A DNA stretch of 64,000 bases from contig CABRNB010000001.1 in the NCBI GenBank assembly GCA_902472225.1, positions 29,315 to 93,314 of the forward strand, read 5' to 3'. The DNA is from an uncultured Anaeromassilibacillus sp. GTDB lineage: Bacteria; Bacillota; Clostridia; Oscillospirales; Acutalibacteraceae. The notes under the pieces are model-generated. The model ran no database searches. It was not told the origin of the DNA and worked only from the letters and a program-made list of their open reading frames with translations. Shown here in pieces: positions 18,529 to 27,456 of this stretch; position 1 is the first letter of the stretch, and each line of letters opens with the position of its first letter. A program made the position numbers and the translations under genes.

Positions 18529-20085
18529 TTACCGTGCTGCGGGAAGGGTAATCAAAAATTCCGCGCCGTGGCCGAGAACGGGGTGCGCGGACAGCGCGAT
18601 CGTTCCGCCGTGCAGTTCGACAATGCGCCGGGTAATGGACAGGCCGAGTCCGCTGCCTCCGCCGCCGCGCGCATCGCTGCCGACAACGAAAGGATCGAAG
18701 ATGGTGCGCGCTTTTTCCCTGGGAATTCCCGCCCCATTGTCCGCGATGCGGATAAGGACGCTGTCTCCGTCGCGCCGAACGGAGACAAGCAGCAGGGTGC
18801 CGAGACGGTTGTGGCGCAGCGAGTTCGTGATCAGGTTATCGAGAGCGCGTCCGAGTTGGAACGCGTCGAGGCGGCAGAAGATCGGCTCCTCGGGAATGCG
18901 GACGTCAAGCCCGAAGCCTGCCAGTTCGATTTCACCGTATTTTCCGGCAAGGTATTCGCGCAGATATTCGCACAGATCCCGCTGCTCCGGATGGAGGACA
19001 AACGCGGGGTGCTCAACCTTTCCGTACTCGTGGAAAGCGTCGGCGAGCTGAGCAAGCGACCGGGAGCGTGAGCGGATGACCTCGAGGCAGCGTGCCTGCT
19101 CTTCGGGAGGAATTTTTCCTGACGCGAGCGCGTCGGCGTATCCGGCAATCACCGTGACGGGTGTTTTCAGATCATGCGAGACGTCCGCAATCATCTGCTG
19201 CCGGGCGCGATCGAGGCGGTCACGTTCCTTTTCGCTCTCCTCGAGGCGGGAGGAGAGAACGTCGAAGCTGCGTCCGATCCGCCGGATTTCCCGCACGCCG
19301 GAGCAATCTCCCACCGTAACGGAGCGGCCCTCCGCTCGGGCGGCGATTGCCTCGCCGAGCCGGTCAAGCGGCCTGCGGATGGCCCGGCTGATCCGTACGA
19401 CAAAGAACACCGCCGCCAGCACACAGAGGGGCGGCAGGAGAAGCCAGATACGCAGGGAGGCCTGATATGCACGGTAGGTTTCTTGTTCGTCGGGATAGGC
19501 GGTTTTCATAAGCAGAATCAGGGACCTGCCGCCGCTCTCGAAGGCTGTGAGGCTGAGATCGGCCTTGGCGGGGAGGATGCCGGCGAGCAGTGCGTACTCG
19601 CGCTGGGTATATTGCGTTTTTCCGTCGCTGAGGCCGCCGGAGACGACGCGGTACGAGGAGTCGAGCACCATTTCCTCCGAGGAACCGTCCGACATATACC
19701 GCGTGACGTGGTATTGTGTCTCGCCGTCTGTCCCGCGGACCGGGTAAGCTTCCACGTGAGAGCCGGAGTCGTATTCGCTGACGCAGGCCAGTTCCCCCGC
19801 CGTCATCCCGCCGAGCGAATCGTCGGACGCCCAAAGCGCCTCGCCTTCCGGCGTGAGAACGGCAAACGCATCCTCTCCGCCGAGATAGGAGCGCAGCGTG
19901 TCAAAGCTCCCTCCCGTGAGCGCGGGATCGGAGACAAGCCCGTCCCAGTCCGTGACGTCATAGATTCGATCGACGCTGGCGTTCCACAGCCAGTAAACGC
20001 CGACTGCCACTGCGGCAAGCGTTACGGCGAACAGGAGGAAGGATTCCGTGAGAAGCGCGGACAGGCCGCGCTCCTTACGCTTCAA
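18529..20085 (-). CDS. sensor histidine kinase (2 TM, HAMP, HisKA, HATPase_c)
   Basis: H-box VSHDLKTPVT, G-box GGSGLGLSI. Confidence 0.85.
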   Translation of the reverse strand: MKRKERGLSALLTESFLLFAVTLAAVAVGVYWLWNASVDRIYDVTDWDGLVSDPALTGGSFDTLRSYLGGEDAFAVLTPEGEALWASDDSLGGMTAGELACVSEYDSGSHVEAYPVRGTDGETQYHVTRYMSDGSSEEMVLDSSYRVVSGGLSDGKTQYTQREYALLAGILPAKADLSLTAFESGGRSLILLMKTAYPDEQETYRAYQASLRIWLLLPPLCVLAAVFFVVRISRAIRRPLDRLGEAIAARAEGRSVTVGDCSGVREIRRIGRSFDVLSSRLEESEKERDRLDRARQQMIADVSHDLKTPVTVIAGYADALASGKIPPEEQARCLEVIRSRSRSLAQLADAFHEYGKVEHPAFVLHPEQRDLCEYLREYLAGKYGEIELAGFGLDVRIPEEPIFCRLDAFQLGRALDNLITNSLRHNRLGTLLLVSVRRDGDSVLIRIADNGAGIPREKARTIFDPFVVGSDARGGGGSGLGLSITRRIVELHGGTIALSAHPVLGHGAEFLITLPAAR

Positions 20086-20749
20086 TTTTGTACCCGAGCC
20101 CGCGAATGGTAACGATATGACGCGGGTTTTTCGGGTCCTCCTCGATCTTGTCGCGAAGCCTGGAGATATGGACCATCATGGTGACGTCGCTGCTCTCAAA
20201 ATATTCGCCCGCAATTCCCTCGTAGAGCTGCACCTTTGTGAAAATCCGGCCGGGTGAGCGCATGAGAAGCGCGAGAATTTTGTATTCCATCGGCGTGAGC
20301 GGGACAAGCTGCCCGTTTTTCCGCAGCTCGCAGCGCGCCGTGTCAAGCGTCAGCTCTCCCACCGTGAGCAGGTTTCCCGCGCCGCGTTCCGTCCGCCGCA
20401 GCTGGGCCTTCACGCGCGCGACAATCTCCATGGGATTGAACGGTTTTGCGACGTAGTCGTCCGCGCCGAGATTGAGGCCGAGAATTTTGTCTACGTCCTG
20501 GCTCTTGGCGGAGAGAATCAGGATCGGAATGTCACTCTGCCGCCGCAGCGCTTTGGTGAGCTCAAAACCGTTCATACGCGGCATCATTACGTCAAGAATC
20601 GCGAGCTGGGGCGAACACTCCTCCGCTTTGCGCAGTGCCTCGGCTCCGTCCGCCGCCTCGACAATTTCAAAGCCTTCGCCCTCGAGATAGAGGCGCAGCA
20701 GGCCGCGAATGTCGGCGTCGTCCTCTGCGATCAGAATTTTCGTCCCCAT
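20075..20749 (-). CDS. OmpR-family response regulator
   Basis: Receiver domain (ILIAEDDADIR...DVMMP) plus winged-helix C-terminus (RHIVTIRGLGYKI). Overlaps the kinase gene by 11 nt. Confidence 0.9.
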   Translation of the reverse strand: MGTKILIAEDDADIRGLLRLYLEGEGFEIVEAADGAEALRKAEECSPQLAILDVMMPRMNGFELTKALRRQSDIPILILSAKSQDVDKILGLNLGADDYVAKPFNPMEIVARVKAQLRRTERGAGNLLTVGELTLDTARCELRKNGQLVPLTPMEYKILALLMRSPGRIFTKVQLYEGIAGEYFESSDVTMMVHISRLRDKIEEDPKNPRHIVTIRGLGYKIEA

Positions 20750-20894
20750 TGTTTCGACCTCCCTGTCGTTTATCTGCCCTTATGCTACACTGCGCGGACT
20801 ATTCTTGTCAACCGGGGCGGAGAAAAGTTCCCCGAAGGAGAAGGAACGCCGTGTTTCTGCTCCCTTTGGGGAGAGGACACGGCGTTCAATGGAC

Positions 20895-21857
20895 TCAGCA
20901 GTTGGGCAGAGTTGCGTTCGAGAGGCAGTTGACGGGCGTGCGGCCCGGAATCAGGCGCTCGCCGTCGGAGTAGCCTTCCTCGGAATCTTTGAGCTCCGCA
21001 ATCAGCAGGCGGCGCAGGTACGCGATCCGCTTCTGTTTGTCCGGATCGCCGATTGCGTTGTGCGTCTCGTCCGGATCGTGCTCGAGGTCGAAATACTGCT
21101 CCTCATTTCGCTCGGGCAGCCAGATATATTTGTCCGTCTTCGTGACGATGAACTGGCTCGACCAGCGGTTGAAGGAGAAGCTGTGCTCGCCGTGCAGATA
21201 GTCGCGCTCGACGGGCCGCAGCATACTTTGCCCGTCCAGGTGCTTCGGGATCGGCGCGCCCGCCAGGTCGAGCAGCGTGGGCATCACGTCGCGCAGCTCA
21301 ACGAGAGAATTGTCCACGCGGCCGCGCGGGCCGATGAAACGCTCCGGGCCGCTGATGAACATGGGGATATGGGCGCTGCCGTTGTAGGGCAGCGATTTGC
21401 GGCACCAGCCGTGATCGGAGAGCATCTCGCCGTGATCGGAGGTAAAGAGGATCACCGTATTATCCATCAGCTTATGCTCGATCAGCGCCTGGAGAATGCG
21501 CCCAATCTGATGGTCGACGTGGGTGATGCAAGCGTAGTAGCCGACCTGCTGCTGGCGGATGAGCTCCGGGTCACGGGAACCGGTGCAGGAATTAAAGACT
21601 ATACCGCGTTTTTCGAGCATCGCCTTGTCATCCCAGTCGCCGCGCACGGGCGGGCGAAGGTTTTTGTCCTTGTAAAGGTCAAAGTACGACTCTTTTTCAT
21701 GCAGTGCTGCTCCTCTCTCAAAACTCCGGGCGGGGCGGTCCCGTTCGGCACATCCGGCCCGGAGAGGTGGCTGCGGGGGAGGGCGGCGTCCGGCGCGCGC
21801 CGGACGCTTTCCCGTGATAGTAGAACAGGGAGGCTCTAAGCCTCCCCGTTCCGTCAT
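20895..21857 (-). pseudogene. 5'-truncated sulfatase (only the C-terminal about 280 aa of an arylsulfatase-family enzyme)
   Basis: FTSDHGEMLSDHGWCRK...SAHIPMFISGP is the C-terminal sulfatase motif. The N-terminal about 150 aa, including the C/S-x-P-x-R formylglycine site, are absent. The upstream part of the ORF translates as non-protein-like sequence and begins right after a hairpin. Confidence 0.6.
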
Positions 21858-21890
21858 GCAAGTATGTTTCCGTTCAGCGGAACGCGCGGA

Positions 21891-22694
21891 TTAATACAGC
21901 GCGTCCATAGCCTCCACAAAGCCCTGACCGTCGAGGCTGCCCTCGAAGAGCTTCGCGGCGGGATCCTGGAAGGCGGTGCCGAGGTCAGCGTTGGCGTTCA
22001 TGCCGCAGTTCCAGTCGTAAACGCCGGTCTGGACGTTGAAGGCCTCACGGACACCGGCCAGCATCTCGGGCCACTCCTCATTGCGGATATCGGCCGGAAT
22101 GCCGTTGCTCGCCATAGCCATCTTGGCGTCATACTCACCGGAGGTGATTTTCACGATGAGATCGAAGGCCTCCTGCGGATGCTCGGAGTAGGAGGGGATG
22201 GCGATCAGCTCGCCGGCCCAGTTGCGCACCGCGGCGGGCAGCGCAGCGACGGCGTAATCCTCATAGCCCACAGCCGCTGCCATGTCCTCGAGGCTCAGGC
22301 AGCTTTTGTTGTACTGCGTGGAAACGCGCTGGAAGTCCTCGTCGAAGAGGTCGATGGAAGTTTTGCTGTCCAGAGCGGCCTGGATGGTCTGCTGCTGGGT
22401 GTCACGGCCGTTCCACTGCACGGTGACCTGAATGCCGGTCTCCGCCGTGTAGGCGTCAATGGTCTCCTGAATGGCGATGGCCTGCGGTTCGGTGGAGTTC
22501 CACATGGACCAGTAGGTCAGCGTGACGTCGCTCGTCGCGCCGCCCTCGGCGTCGTCTCCGGCGTCGGCGACGCTCTCGGTGGTATCACCGGCAGACTCGC
22601 CGCCGGCAGTGCTGGAGGCAGGCGCGGTCTGGCAGGCGCTCAGGGCGCCGGCAACGAGGAGCGCGGCCAGGATGGTGCTGAGAAGCTTTTTCAT
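21891..22694 (-). CDS. extracellular solute-binding lipoprotein (ABC sugar SBP family), probably C-terminally truncated
   Basis: Lipoprotein signal MKKLLSTILAALLVAGALSAC. SBP_bac_1-like N-terminal domain. Only 267 aa versus the usual 400-450. No cognate permease genes adjacent. RBS GGGAGGG. Confidence 0.55.
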   Translation of the reverse strand: MKKLLSTILAALLVAGALSACQTAPASSTAGGESAGDTTESVADAGDDAEGGATSDVTLTYWSMWNSTEPQAIAIQETIDAYTAETGIQVTVQWNGRDTQQQTIQAALDSKTSIDLFDEDFQRVSTQYNKSCLSLEDMAAAVGYEDYAVAALPAAVRNWAGELIAIPSYSEHPQEAFDLIVKITSGEYDAKMAMASNGIPADIRNEEWPEMLAGVREAFNVQTGVYDWNCGMNANADLGTAFQDPAAKLFEGSLDGQGFVEAMDALY

Positions 22695-22954
22695 AAAATA
22701 AACCCTCCCTAAATTGAGCAGGCGGCTGAAGATAAAATTTCTGTACAAAATTTCTATAATTCTTAACCTGTTTCTGTACCTTTAGTATACAGGAAACCAA
22801 AAGAAAAGGAACTGGAATCTTGCTCTATCCTTTATATTTGTTGTGAAAGATGCCTGATTTTTCTAAACTTTGAGGGAAAAATGCTGCTTTTCCTCTTTTC
22901 TTCGGGGAGCGTCAAGGCTTTTTTCGACGCTTTTTGCACTGTTTCCACGCCGAC

Positions 22955-22992
22955 AGGCACGCACCAAAAAAAGCCGGGAGCTCAATCGGTGA
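22955..22992 (-). terminator. rho-independent terminator of dcd
   Basis: GCCGGGAGCTCA-atcgg-TGAGCTCCCGGC, followed on the minus strand by T7. Confidence 0.65.
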
Positions 22993-23016
22993 GCTCCCGG
23001 CTTTCGGGTCGGAATT

Positions 23017-23544
23017 TTATTTTCCTTTTTCAAAATCGCGATACATCATGCTGGGCTGGATTCCGGTGTTGTTCTGATATTTTCCGCTGTGGTACGGTTC
23101 ATAGTCTCCGTGGAGATCATGGTAATAAATCTGGCAGATTTCCACGTTCGGGTAAATGACAATAGGCTGCACGCAGAAAATTTCCAGAGTCCAGTAACCT
23201 GCGAAGCCTACGTCGCCGAAGCCTGCGGTCACATGGATAAACAAGCCGAGCCGTCCGGTGGAGGAACGGCCCTCCAGCATGGGAACAAAGCCCTCTGTCT
23301 TCGTATATTCATTGGTGCGCCCCAGATAAAGCCGGTGCGGCTCAAGCCGCAGTCCGCTTTCGGGGATTTCGATACGGCGGCACGGGTTCGGTACCTTCAT
23401 GTCGAGCACCGTGTTTTCGTAGACGAGCAGCTCCGGCGCAAGCGTCAGATTGTAGCTGTTCGGGTTGAGCCGGCTCTTGTCAAACGGCTCAATGATGATA
23501 TTTCCGCCGATCTGGCGTTCAATTTCCTTTCCGGATAAAATCAT
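23017..23544 (-). CDS. dcd: dCTP deaminase
   Basis: 175 aa, MILSGKEI...IIIEPFD...LHPHRLYLGRT typical of Dcd. Confidence 0.85.
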   Translation of the reverse strand: MILSGKEIERQIGGNIIIEPFDKSRLNPNSYNLTLAPELLVYENTVLDMKVPNPCRRIEIPESGLRLEPHRLYLGRTNEYTKTEGFVPMLEGRSSTGRLGLFIHVTAGFGDVGFAGYWTLEIFCVQPIVIYPNVEICQIYYHDLHGDYEPYHSGKYQNNTGIQPSMMYRDFEKGK

Positions 23545-23567
23545 GAAAGCTCCTCCTGACGGCCGGT

Positions 23568-24458
23568 TCAGCCGCGGTTGCCGCTCAGATAAAAAATGGC
23601 GATGCCGCCCGGGCCGGTGTGGGTGCCGAGAATCGGGCCGAGGTCGTTGACGATGATCTCCTTCGGATGGACGCGGCTTTTCGTCTGCTTATACAGATAC
23701 TTTGCATCCTCCTGAGCGTCGCAGTGCACAATGAACACCGTCTGATTTTCCGGCTGCTGGATGCTCTTTTCCATCTGGTTCAGCAGCGCGTCGAGAGACT
23801 GACGGCGGCCGCGCACCTTCATGGCGGGAATGAGATGACCCTCGTCGTCGATGCGGAGCACAGGCTTGATGCCGAGCATGGAGCCGAACAGAGCGGCAGC
23901 AGCGGAGAGACGTCCGCCGCGCTTCAAATGGTTGAGGTCGTCGACGGTGAAATACTGTGAGAGGCTGAAGCGGTGCACGCTCACCCATTCTGCCGCCTCA
24001 TCCAGGGTGGCTCCGGCTTTTTGCTTGAGGGCGGCGTAATATACGAGCAGGCCCTCGCCCATGGAGACTGCCAGGGAGTCGACCGGAACAACCCGGCGGC
24101 CCGGATATTTTTCCTTGAGCTGTTCAATGGCTTCGAGTGCGCGCTGGTATGTGCCGGACAGGGAGGAGGAGAAGCCGATATACAGCACGTCGAGCCCCTC
24201 GCGCAGATACGGCTCAAAGGTTTCGAGAAAGGTGACGGTGTTGATCTGGTTTGTCTTGGACATTTCTCCGGCGCGCAGGCGGCCGTAGAATTCCTTACTC
24301 GACATCTCACGCGCGTCCGGGTAATTGTGGTAAACCTCGTCGCCGAAGATGAACTCCATGGGAATGACTTCGACGTCGAGCTCCTCGACAAGCTTTGGAG
24401 TCAGATCGCTGGTGGAATCCGTGACAATCTTGTACGTGCAGCTGTTTTTGTTTGCCAT
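23568..24458 (-). CDS. DegV-family fatty-acid-binding protein
   Basis: YKIVTDSTSDL... EDD/DegV fold. ATG at 24458 with RBS GAGAGGAG; the listed ORF start is a TTG further upstream. Confidence 0.8.
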   Translation of the reverse strand: MANKNSCTYKIVTDSTSDLTPKLVEELDVEVIPMEFIFGDEVYHNYPDAREMSSKEFYGRLRAGEMSKTNQINTVTFLETFEPYLREGLDVLYIGFSSSLSGTYQRALEAIEQLKEKYPGRRVVPVDSLAVSMGEGLLVYYAALKQKAGATLDEAAEWVSVHRFSLSQYFTVDDLNHLKRGGRLSAAAALFGSMLGIKPVLRIDDEGHLIPAMKVRGRRQSLDALLNQMEKSIQQPENQTVFIVHCDAQEDAKYLYKQTKSRVHPKEIIVNDLGPILGTHTGPGGIAIFYLSGNRG

Positions 24459-24486
24459 TTCAGGCAGCGCTCCTCTCGACAATCAT

Positions 24487-25362
24487 TCAGTCCTTGTTGT
24501 CCGCCATGAAGAACAGGGCGATGGTGCCGGGGCCGGAATGGGCGCCGATCACCGGACCGATCATATTGATATAGATTTTGGTACCGGGGAACTTTTCGCG
24601 GATCTGGGCCGCGACATATTCGGCGTCCTGCTGGGCGTCGCCATGGCTCAGAAAAACGGTTTTGGCATTTTCCAGCTGAGCGGTTTTACCCATATGCTTG
24701 ACAAGGGCGTCAAGGGACTGGCGGCGGCCGCGCACCTTTTCGACCGGGATCAGATGACCCTCGTTGTCAACGTGAAGAACCGGCTTGATGCCGAGCATGG
24801 TGCCGACAAAGGCCGCCGTGCTGCTGACGCGTCCGCCGCGCTTCAGATGGTTGAGGTCATCGACGGTGAACCAGTGTGCGAGGTGGTTGCGGTTGTCAAT
24901 CACCCACTGCTCGAGCTCCTGCATGGAAAGGCCCGCGCGCTTCTGCTGCACGGCATAGTACACCAAAAGGCCCTCGCCCATGGAAGCGGCAAGCGTGTCC
25001 ACCACGATGATGGTGCGTTCCGGGAAGCGGGTGCGCAGCTCTTCGACCGCCATACAGGCGCTGTTGTACGTGCCGGAGAGGCCGGATGAGAACGCCATAT
25101 AGAAAAGATCATGACCGGCGCTGAGGATGGGGGTGAAGACGTCAATGAAAGTTGCCGTATTGATCTGATTGGTGGTGGAGCTTTCGCCGCTGCGGATGCG
25201 GCTGTAAAACTCTTTGGCACTCATATCACGTTCGTCGGGGTAGTTTCGATAGACCTTCTCGCCCATGACAAATTCCATGGGGATCACCTGGATGTCCAGT
25301 TCATCGATCAGGGCTGGGGTAAAGTCGCAGTTGGAATCGGTAATGATTTTGTAGTCGCTCAT
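24487..25362 (-). CDS. DegV-family fatty-acid-binding protein (tandem paralog)
   Basis: MSDYKIITDSNCDF... RBS GAGAGGAG. Confidence 0.8.
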   Translation of the reverse strand: MSDYKIITDSNCDFTPALIDELDIQVIPMEFVMGEKVYRNYPDERDMSAKEFYSRIRSGESSTTNQINTATFIDVFTPILSAGHDLFYMAFSSGLSGTYNSACMAVEELRTRFPERTIIVVDTLAASMGEGLLVYYAVQQKRAGLSMQELEQWVIDNRNHLAHWFTVDDLNHLKRGGRVSSTAAFVGTMLGIKPVLHVDNEGHLIPVEKVRGRRQSLDALVKHMGKTAQLENAKTVFLSHGDAQQDAEYVAAQIREKFPGTKIYINMIGPVIGAHSGPGTIALFFMADNKD

Positions 25363-25429
25363 AAATGGAAGCTCCTCTCATCTTTTATAGTATATCGGAA
25401 AGGGCCGCCTGGCCGAATTGTTTCATTTT

Positions 25430-25458
25430 ATTATACCTTTTTTTTGCGGATGTGTCCA
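25430..25458 (-). promoter_or_regulatory. sigma-70-like promoter for the DegV pair
   Basis: Minus strand: TGGACA-17 nt-TATAAT, about 65 nt upstream of the DegV ATG. Confidence 0.4.
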
Positions 25459-25482
25459 CCGTTTCCAGAGAAAAGCGGCGCG

Positions 25483-25515
25483 AAAAAAGGCTCCCCTCCT
25501 TGTGAGAGGGAAGCC
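25483..25515 (-). terminator. rho-independent terminator about 200 nt downstream of the DUF1292 gene
   Basis: Minus strand: GGCTTCCCTCTC-acaa-GGAGGGGAGCC TTTTTT. Confidence 0.5.
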
Positions 25516-25717
25516 GTTTTCTCAAAGTACCCCGCCTGGCCGTAATGTGTGAGAATAACCTGCCTACGGAAAGCAGGTGGGTGCCCGCCCAACGGTTTCA
25601 CGCTCCCTTCTTCCGGCAAAGCCGGGAGGTCTGCAATCTGCCGCCGGAGCTAAGCTCCCGATTCAAAAGTGTAGGGTTATCATACGCAAGTCCGCGAACC
25701 AGGCAGGAAAAGTCTTT

Positions 25718-26023
25718 TTATTCCTCTTCGGATTCCTCTGCCTCAAACATCTCGTCGAAGCGCTTTTCAAACTCAGCGGCAAGGCGATCGGCGAGCTCGT
25801 CGTCCTCCACCTCGGCCAGCTGCTGCTCGCCGTCCTCTTCGAAGGCCTGGAAAATATAGTAGGAGCCGTCGGCTTCTACCTGATCCTGCGGATCTTCAAA
25901 GGTGGGGAGCAGGGCGTAGAAGCAGCCCTCGTCGTTTTCTATGATATCCAGGATCTCAAACTCATGCTCCTGGCCGTCCTCGTCCACAAGTGTGAGCAGA
26001 TCCGGGCTGAAATCTTCGTTCAT
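25718..26023 (-). CDS. DUF1292-family small acidic protein
   Basis: MNEDFSPDLLTLVDEDGQEHEFEILD... with acidic C-tail. RBS AAAGGAG. The listed ORF start at 26161 is an upstream extension without an RBS. Confidence 0.65.
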   Translation of the reverse strand: MNEDFSPDLLTLVDEDGQEHEFEILDIIENDEGCFYALLPTFEDPQDQVEADGSYYIFQAFEEDGEQQLAEVEDDELADRLAAEFEKRFDEMFEAEESEEE

Positions 26024-26161
26024 ACCAAAGCATACTCCTTTCTGAAGAACTCTTTCGTATGTATTGTACATGCGATTTGCTCCGAAGTCAACCGAAAAAT
26101 CAATGAAAGAAAAAATAAACAGTTTTTTAAAAGTTTGTTTATATTTTTTCATCAAAAACAC

Positions 26162-26190
26162 TTGACAATACCGCGCCGGTGTAGTATAGT
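26162..26190 (+). promoter_or_regulatory. near-consensus sigma-70 promoter reading into the AT-rich noncoding island
   Basis: TTGACA (26162-26167), a 17-nt spacer, TATAGT (26185-26190), then TATAAT three nt later. Confidence 0.6.
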
Positions 26191-26196
26191 ATAATC

Positions 26197-27456
26197 ACAA
26201 CAAAGGAAGAGATACAAAGAAAGCAGACAAAATATCCGCTGAAAGCAAAAGAAGGAATTTTGCATTAACAAAGTTTTTTCAGCAAGGGAAGCGGATAAGA
26301 AGAATGTGGAAGGAATGTCTGCGAATTGTACCACTCACTTTTGTGCAGATTTAGACAGAAAGGGGTGCAGTCCAATGGACACCAAACCGCAGCAGTATCC
26401 GGCAGACGTTGTTCTGTTGGACGGCGTCTGCTGAGATAAAGAAAACGTGTTCTCTACAAGAGCGGTAAAGCTGATGAATACCAGAGGAATGAGAGCAAAG
26501 GCATAGAGGTATGTATTGCGGATCATTCGGAAAAGGGAAAGGCAGCGAAACCGTAAATATCGTGTAGACCAAAAGCTTTGAGCTGAATTGATGGTTAGCT
26601 CGGATTTTATTGAACCATTTGTACAGAAAGGAACGGGAAGTAAATCCAGTGCAGTTTCTGAGCATGGTCTCAATGAATCGAAGGTTTGCAGAATAGCGTG
26701 ATCTATTTTCAAAAACCCGATTGTAGCTTTTGGAAAAGCTTGAAACATTTTCGTTTCACGAAACAAAGAGTGCGGTAATTCTGGAAAATAGCTAAGCACG
26801 CAGTTGAAATTCTGAAAACTTTTTCTTAGGTGAAGCCCAATGTACAGCATTTGACCCTTCTGAAAAGAAGGAAACGGATATTTCCCTTTCGCGTAGACTT
26901 TTAGAAGTTACAGCAACATTCTTTGGAGATTAAGAATGACTGGAAACAAAATGAATCCCATGCAGTGATAAAGTGGAAGCTCCGGAAAAGGAGTGGATTC
27001 CCCTCAGCGGTGATTTTTAAGTGTTACGGCGACGTTCCGTTTATGGAATGACCGGAAACAAATAAAATTCCATGCAGTGATTCTATAGAAGCTTCGAAGG
27101 AGAAGCGTTGTTCCAAGCGGTGAATTTTAGTAGTTACGGCAACGGTTTTCATCAGAAGACAGACCGGAAACAAACGATTTCCAAGCAGTGAACCTATAGA
27201 GCTTCAAAGAAGAAGCGTTGTTCCCAAGCGGTGAATTTTAGCAGCTCCGGCGACGGTTTGCGGATGCAGGCTGACCGGAAGCACAAGACTCCCAGCAGTG
27301 AACAAAGAAGCTTCGAAGGAGAAGCAGTTTATCACCAGCAGAGATTTATGTAGTTACAGCAACATTTCTCCGGTTTGAGAGAATGACTGTAAACCCTTAA
27401 TCCCATGCACAGATAAAAGTATTACGAGAGCCCCGGCCGGTACCGCCGGGGCTCTC
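26197..27456 (+). ncRNA. candidate long noncoding RNA (about 1.26 kb) containing about 4.5 degenerate tandem repeats of about 110 nt; no credible ORF on either strand
   Basis: Strong promoter upstream and a GC-rich 12-bp hairpin at the 3' end. GC about 42 % versus about 62 % in flanks. Only junk ORFs in the six-frame track. Conserved submotifs in every repeat unit. Confidence 0.45.
26895..27420 (+). repeat. tandem direct repeats, about 110-bp period, roughly 4.5 copies, about 65-75 % identical
   Basis: Recurring blocks TTTTAG-(T/C)AGTTACGGCAACG, GACCGGAAACAAA, CATGCAGTGA, GAAGCTTCGAAGGAGAAGCGTTGTTCC, AAGCGGTGA. GTTAC(G/A)GC recurs at 26907, 27023, 27134, 27245 and 27354. Confidence 0.8.

Noticed and set aside
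20709-21839. 376-aa plus-strand ORF
   Set aside because: It is antisense to the sulfatase fragment and the response-regulator 5' end. The translation is non-protein-like.
25541-25700. SRP RNA, 6S, RNase P or tRNA identity for the structured segment downstream of the DUF1292 gene
   Set aside because: I could not find the conserved SRP domain-IV motif (GGAAGGAAGCAGC-like), RNase P P4 sequences or a tRNA T-loop. It is kept only as a generic structured-RNA candidate.
26335-26850. 171-aa minus-strand ORF inside the AT-rich island
   Set aside because: The translation is low-complexity with no RBS, in a region better explained as noncoding RNA. It is probably a chance ORF.
26895-27420. CRISPR array as an explanation for the tandem repeats
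   Set aside because: The period is about 110 bp with similarity spread across the whole unit. There are no short (28-37 bp) identical repeats separated by unique spacers, and no cas genes nearby.
26895-27420. Repeats encoding small peptides
   Set aside because: Possible ATG...TGA micro-frames (for example MTGNKMNPMQ) are not preserved between units.
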